Positions 7,193 through 10,862 of a stretch of DNA of 10,862 nucleotides are shown piece after piece. This DNA comes from an uncultured Rhodothermales bacterium (lineage in GTDB: Bacteria; Bacteroidota; Rhodothermia; Rhodothermales; BA12): positions 1-10,862 of the forward strand of contig CBDUCD010000071.1 in assembly GCA_965365535.1 (NCBI GenBank), in the 5' to 3' direction. The position numbers and the translations under genes were made by a program. The notes beneath the pieces were generated by a model. It worked only from the letters and a program-made list of their open reading frames with translations. It was not told where the DNA came from and did no database searches. Position 1 is the first letter of the stretch; each line of letters begins with the position of its first letter.

Positions 7193-8050
7193 GTGCCCCA
7201 TCGCCGCGCGCCCTACCTCGCCCTCGTCGTCGGATGCGCGGCGTGGGGGCTGTCGTTTCCCTTTGGCAAAATTGCCCTGGGCGCGCTGGCGGCGCCGCAC
7301 GTCGTGTTCGTGCGCTTCGTGATGGCTGCCGTGTGTTTTGGCGCCCTTGCCATCTGGAAAAAGACGCCCCTGCCCCGCTGGCGCGAACTGCCCGGCCTGG
7401 CGTGGACGGGCTTTTTGATGGTGCCCGCCGTGTTTCTGCTCCAGTTCGAGGGGCTGGCCCGGACGAGCGTCACGCGCGCCGCCCTCATCGTGGGCGCCTT
7501 TCCCGTCGTGATGGCCCTTGCCGCCGTCTGGCAGGGCGCCGAGCGCCCGTCGCGCCGCGTCTGGATGGCCATTGGCGCCTCGACGCTGGGCGTGGCGCTG
7601 ACCGCCGGGCAGCCCGGCGCGCAGGGGCAGGCCGTGGGCGACGTGCTGGTGCTGGCCTCCATCGCCACGTCGGCGCTGTGGGTGCTGGCCACGCGCCGCC
7701 TGCTGCAACGCCGCGACGCCCTGTTCGTGACGCTGTGGAGCGTCGTGCTGGGCACCTGCTGGCACGGCCTCATCATGCTGGCCCTCGACGGCTGGCCGCC
7801 GCTCGACGTGGAGGCGGGCGTGTGGGCGGCGCTCGTGGGGCTGGGCGTCGTCTGCACCGTCGTCACGTACGGGCTGTGGAACTGGAGCCAGCAGTACGTG
7901 CCCGCCGCCACGGCAGGCGTGTTCGTGAACCTGGAGCCGCTCGTGGGCGCCGTCGTAGGGGTGCTGTGGTTTCACGACCCGGCAGGCGCCGCGACGGTCG
8001 TAGGGGGCGCGCTCATCGTGGGCGCGGCCCTCGTCGTCGCGCGGGGGTAG
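7193..8050 (+). CDS. EamA/DMT-superfamily transporter (about 10 TM helices).
   Basis: GTG start at 7193, 1 nt after the pcm stop. It is hydrophobic throughout, with the two-repeat EamA architecture (…FLLQFEGLARTSVTRAALIVGAFPVV… and …NLEPLVGAVVGVLWFHDPAGAATVVGGALIVGA…). Stop TAG at 8048-8050. Confidence 0.78.
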   Translation: MPHRRAPYLALVVGCAAWGLSFPFGKIALGALAAPHVVFVRFVMAAVCFGALAIWKKTPLPRWRELPGLAWTGFLMVPAVFLLQFEGLARTSVTRAALIVGAFPVVMALAAVWQGAERPSRRVWMAIGASTLGVALTAGQPGAQGQAVGDVLVLASIATSALWVLATRRLLQRRDALFVTLWSVVLGTCWHGLIMLALDGWPPLDVEAGVWAALVGLGVVCTVVTYGLWNWSQQYVPAATAGVFVNLEPLVGAVVGVLWFHDPAGAATVVGGALIVGAALVVARG

Positions 8051-8258
8051 AGGAGGTTGGTTGTTCGCTCGCCTGCGGCTCGCGGGTTGGTTGTTGGTTG
8101 TGGGTGGTTCCGCTCGCTGCGCTCGCTGTTGGTTGACGCTCTCCGCATGGCGAGGCAGCCTGCTTTGCTCGCTGGTTGTTGGTTGGTTTGTTGATGGTTG
8201 TGTTTGTCAGCCAACCCCGCCAACTAACCAACCCACCCATCCTAACCAACGCACCCTC
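8051..8258. repeat. Composite array of GGTTGGTTG / CGCTCGCTG units ending in the core element (GGTTGATGGTTG...CAGCCAACC...CCCACCCATCC). It fills the 245-bp gap between eamA and nfeD.
   Basis: At least four units of the form (CGCTCGC[TG])GGTTGTTGGTTG occur at about 8055-8072, 8078-8100, 8110-8135 and 8166-8186. The core GTTTGTTGATGGTTGTGTTTGTCAGCCAACC follows at 8187-8217, then CCAACTAACCAACCCACCCATCCTAACCAAC at 8219-8250. The unit is the reverse complement of CAACCAACAACCAGCGAGCG at 5627-5646. Confidence 0.7.
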
Positions 8259-8295
8259 CCCGTCGCCTATCTTGGGGCATCTATCGCCCTCCGAT

Positions 8296-8907
8296 ATGTT
8301 TACGATTTACCTCATCGCCCTGCTCGTCGGTGGTTTTTTCGTGACGCTTTCCCTGTTTGGCGGCGATGGGGACTCGGACGCAGCCCTCGATGCCCACGCG
8401 GATTTCGACGCGCACGCCGACCTGGGCGGCCACGCCGACGTAGCGGGCGACCACGGGCCGGGCGCCGGGGCGGGCTTCGTGGATCTGCTCTCGCTCAGGA
8501 CGCTGTTCCTCTTTTCCGCCTTTTTCGGCCTCACGGGGACGGTTTTCACGTGGCAGGACGCGGGCGAGCCTTACACCGCGCTGCTGGCCGTGCTCGTCGG
8601 GCTGGTGGCCGGGCTGGGCGGGTCGCTGCTCATCAAGCGCGTGGCGCAAAAGCAGGTGTCGAGCACCGTCACCACGGACGACCTGCGGGGCAAGACGGCC
8701 CGCGTGCGGCTGCCGTTCGAGCCCGGCGAACACGGCACCGTGGACGTGGTGGTGAAAGGCAGCCGGCTGCGCGTGCTGGCACGTCCTTTCGACGACTCGG
8801 AGGGGGCGTTTGCGCCCGGCGACGAAGTCGTCATCGTCGAGATGCAGGGGCGCGAGGCGCGCGTCGTGCGGCCCGGCGGCGCGCTGCCTGCACCCGGCAC
8901 CGCGTAA
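8296..8907 (+). CDS. NfeD-family (YuaF-like) membrane protein, partner of the downstream flotillin.
   Basis: ATG at 8296 (MFTIYLIALLVGGFFVTLSLFGG). The longer ORF from 8176 would run through the repeat array and was not used. It has two or three TM segments and a C-terminal soluble beta-barrel-like region (GKTARVRLPFEPGEHGTVDVVVKGSRLRVLARPFDDSEGAFAPGDEVVIVEMQGREARVV), which is the typical short-NfeD arrangement. It sits immediately upstream of an SPFH/flotillin gene. Confidence 0.72.
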   Translation: MFTIYLIALLVGGFFVTLSLFGGDGDSDAALDAHADFDAHADLGGHADVAGDHGPGAGAGFVDLLSLRTLFLFSAFFGLTGTVFTWQDAGEPYTALLAVLVGLVAGLGGSLLIKRVAQKQVSSTVTTDDLRGKTARVRLPFEPGEHGTVDVVVKGSRLRVLARPFDDSEGAFAPGDEVVIVEMQGREARVVRPGGALPAPGTA

Positions 8908-8914
8908 CGTTGTG

Positions 8915-8945
8915 CCCGGCGCCGCGTAACTCGGGCGCCGGTCTC
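8915..8945 (+). terminator. GC-rich hairpin (CCGGCGCC-N10-GGCGCCGG) followed by TCTCGTTAT between nfeD and the flotillin gene. It may be an attenuator or weak terminator.
   Basis: 8-bp perfect stem at 8916-8923 and 8934-8941 with a 10-nt loop. The downstream T content is modest, so termination efficiency is uncertain. It overlaps a 16-bp direct duplication of the nfeD stop region. Confidence 0.3.
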
Positions 8946-8982
8946 GTTATAGCCTAACTTCCCGCTTTACAAACTTTTACGC

Positions 8983-10245
<1,263 letters not shown>

Positions 10246-10300
10246 GGGGTTGGTGTGTTGGTTGGGGTGGTTGATGGTTAACAAACCCAACCAACCCGCC
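10246..10300. repeat. Copy of the intergenic element in the G-rich orientation. It forms a 10-bp stem-loop (GTTGGTTGGG at 10257-10266 pairs with CCCAACCAAC at 10286-10295) between convergent genes.
   Basis: GGGGTTGGTGTGTTGGTTGGGGTGGTTGATGGTTAACAAACCCAACCAACCCGCC. The core GGTTGATGGTTAACAAACCCAACCA matches the reverse complement of 5611-5636 (GGTTGATGGTTGAACAAACCCAGCCA). No clear U-tract follows, so it is not a canonical terminator. Confidence 0.65.
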
Positions 10301-10305
10301 TTCTC

Positions 10306-10839
10306 TCAGTAGGCAGACCCGACCTGCGAAAAGAAGTTGGTTATGACCACTACTTCGAATCGATTCCCGTCCTGGTCGATGTCGTTTGTATCTTTCGTTT
10401 CCTCTATCAACAGCAATCCTGGGCCGCTATACTTGTAGTCTTTATTATCAACTTTAAATCGTGTTACGTAATCACTATCAACCTTATCAAACTTGAATGA
10501 CAACGCCTGACCTGGCTCGTACAAACTTGTACTCGAAGTCGTGAAAAGAAACTTCAATTCGCCTTTCTCGATCTTCCAAGTTCCGCTCGCCTGACCATTC
10601 TCCTCAGCCATATCGGACTCGACCAGAAGCGATACCGCGCTATCTGGGCTGAGCGTCATCGTCCGGTGCAGGTACACGCCCGACACCCCTTCTGAATACG
10701 TTCTACCGCCTACCTCCATCCGCACGCCAAACTCGTCATACGCCCCGTCGATTTCAGGAAAATCAGGGTCGGAGTTGCTGTCACACGCGCACAGGCAAAC
10801 AAGGGCGGAAAGCAGGAAAGCAACTTTTCTGGTACGCAT
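10306..10839 (-). CDS. Hypothetical lipoprotein encoded by a compositionally atypical (low-GC) gene.
   Basis: ATG at 10839-10837, stop TGA at 10308-10306. The signal peptide MRTRKVAFLLSALVCLCAC carries a Cys followed by an acidic Ser/Asp stretch (CDSNSDPDFPE), typical of Bacteroidota lipoproteins. GC content counted by hand is 48% (10321-10380), 45% (10381-10440) and 27% (10441-10500), against 75% for a sample from folP. I recognise no family in it. Confidence 0.65.
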   Translation of the reverse strand: MRTRKVAFLLSALVCLCACDSNSDPDFPEIDGAYDEFGVRMEVGGRTYSEGVSGVYLHRTMTLSPDSAVSLLVESDMAEENGQASGTWKIEKGELKFLFTTSSTSLYEPGQALSFKFDKVDSDYVTRFKVDNKDYKYSGPGLLLIEETKDTNDIDQDGNRFEVVVITNFFSQVGSAY

Positions 10840-10848
10840 TGGCTCTTC

Positions 10849-10862
10849 AGGGATGGTTGGGT
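10849..10862. repeat. Partial copy of the intergenic element in the C-rich orientation (GGGATGGTTGGGT), cut off by the window edge.
   Basis: It matches GGGATGGCTGGGT at 5602-5614. It lies 10 bp upstream of the lipoprotein start codon, inverted relative to the copy at 10246-10300. Confidence 0.45.

Noticed and set aside
8051-8258. Possible CRISPR array, given short direct repeats with spacers
   Set aside because: The units are only about 20 bp, imperfect, irregularly spaced with very short variable gaps, and palindromic in part. There are no cas genes nearby, and the same units occur singly elsewhere. It looks like a REP/MITE-like array rather than CRISPR.
8176-8295. N-terminal 40-aa extension of the NfeD ORF (start 8176)
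   Set aside because: The extension lies within the GGTTGG/CCAACC repeat array and encodes a Pro/Thr/Asn-rich stretch. The ATG at 8296 gives a hydrophobic N-terminal TM helix typical of NfeD.

Overview
This is a high-GC window (about 70-75% GC where I counted by hand), probably from a Bacteroidota/Rhodothermota-type genome. That placement rests on a type IX secretion (T9SS) C-terminal sorting domain, adjacent folP and cdaA genes, and start codons with no Shine-Dalgarno sequence. Gene content, left to right:

- **Exported kinase/phosphatase pair (1-2174, +):** a 5'-truncated lipoprotein of the histidine-phosphatase (SixA/PGAM) family, followed 15 bp later by a secreted CotH-family atypical kinase carrying a T9SS C-terminal sorting domain. 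A strong bidirectional rho-independent terminator closes it.
- **General-stress operon (2265-4505, minus strand):** a PRC-barrel protein, a YsnF/AvaK (DUF2382) protein, and a YflT/GSP17M-plus-DUF2382 protein. The second and third genes overlap as ATGA. The first and last share an unusual Tyr/Asp/Arg-rich C-terminal module of about 80 aa.
- **folP-cdaA-pcm-eamA operon (4703-8050, +):** dihydropteroate synthase (with an apparent +1 frameshift in a C4 run near its 3' end), the c-di-AMP synthase CdaA, protein-L-isoaspartate O-methyltransferase and an EamA/DMT transporter. These follow a 197-bp divergent promoter region containing palindromes.
- **nfeD-flotillin operon (8296-10245, +).**
- **Low-GC lipoprotein gene (10306-10839, minus strand):** roughly 40-48% GC in the stretches I counted, against about 75% elsewhere.

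The most striking non-coding signal is a family of GGTTGG/CCAACC-rich intergenic repeat elements. It has a core close to TGTGTTGGTTGRTGGTTRAACAAACCCARCCATCCC and 20-24-bp CAACCAACAACCAGCGAGCG units. At least five copies sit in intergenic regions in 10.9 kb, at 3329-3354, 5597-5677, 8051-8258, 10246-10300 and a partial copy at 10849-end. Two of these bracket the low-GC lipoprotein gene in inverted orientation.

Many long antisense ORFs in the six-frame track are high-GC artefacts and were not called.
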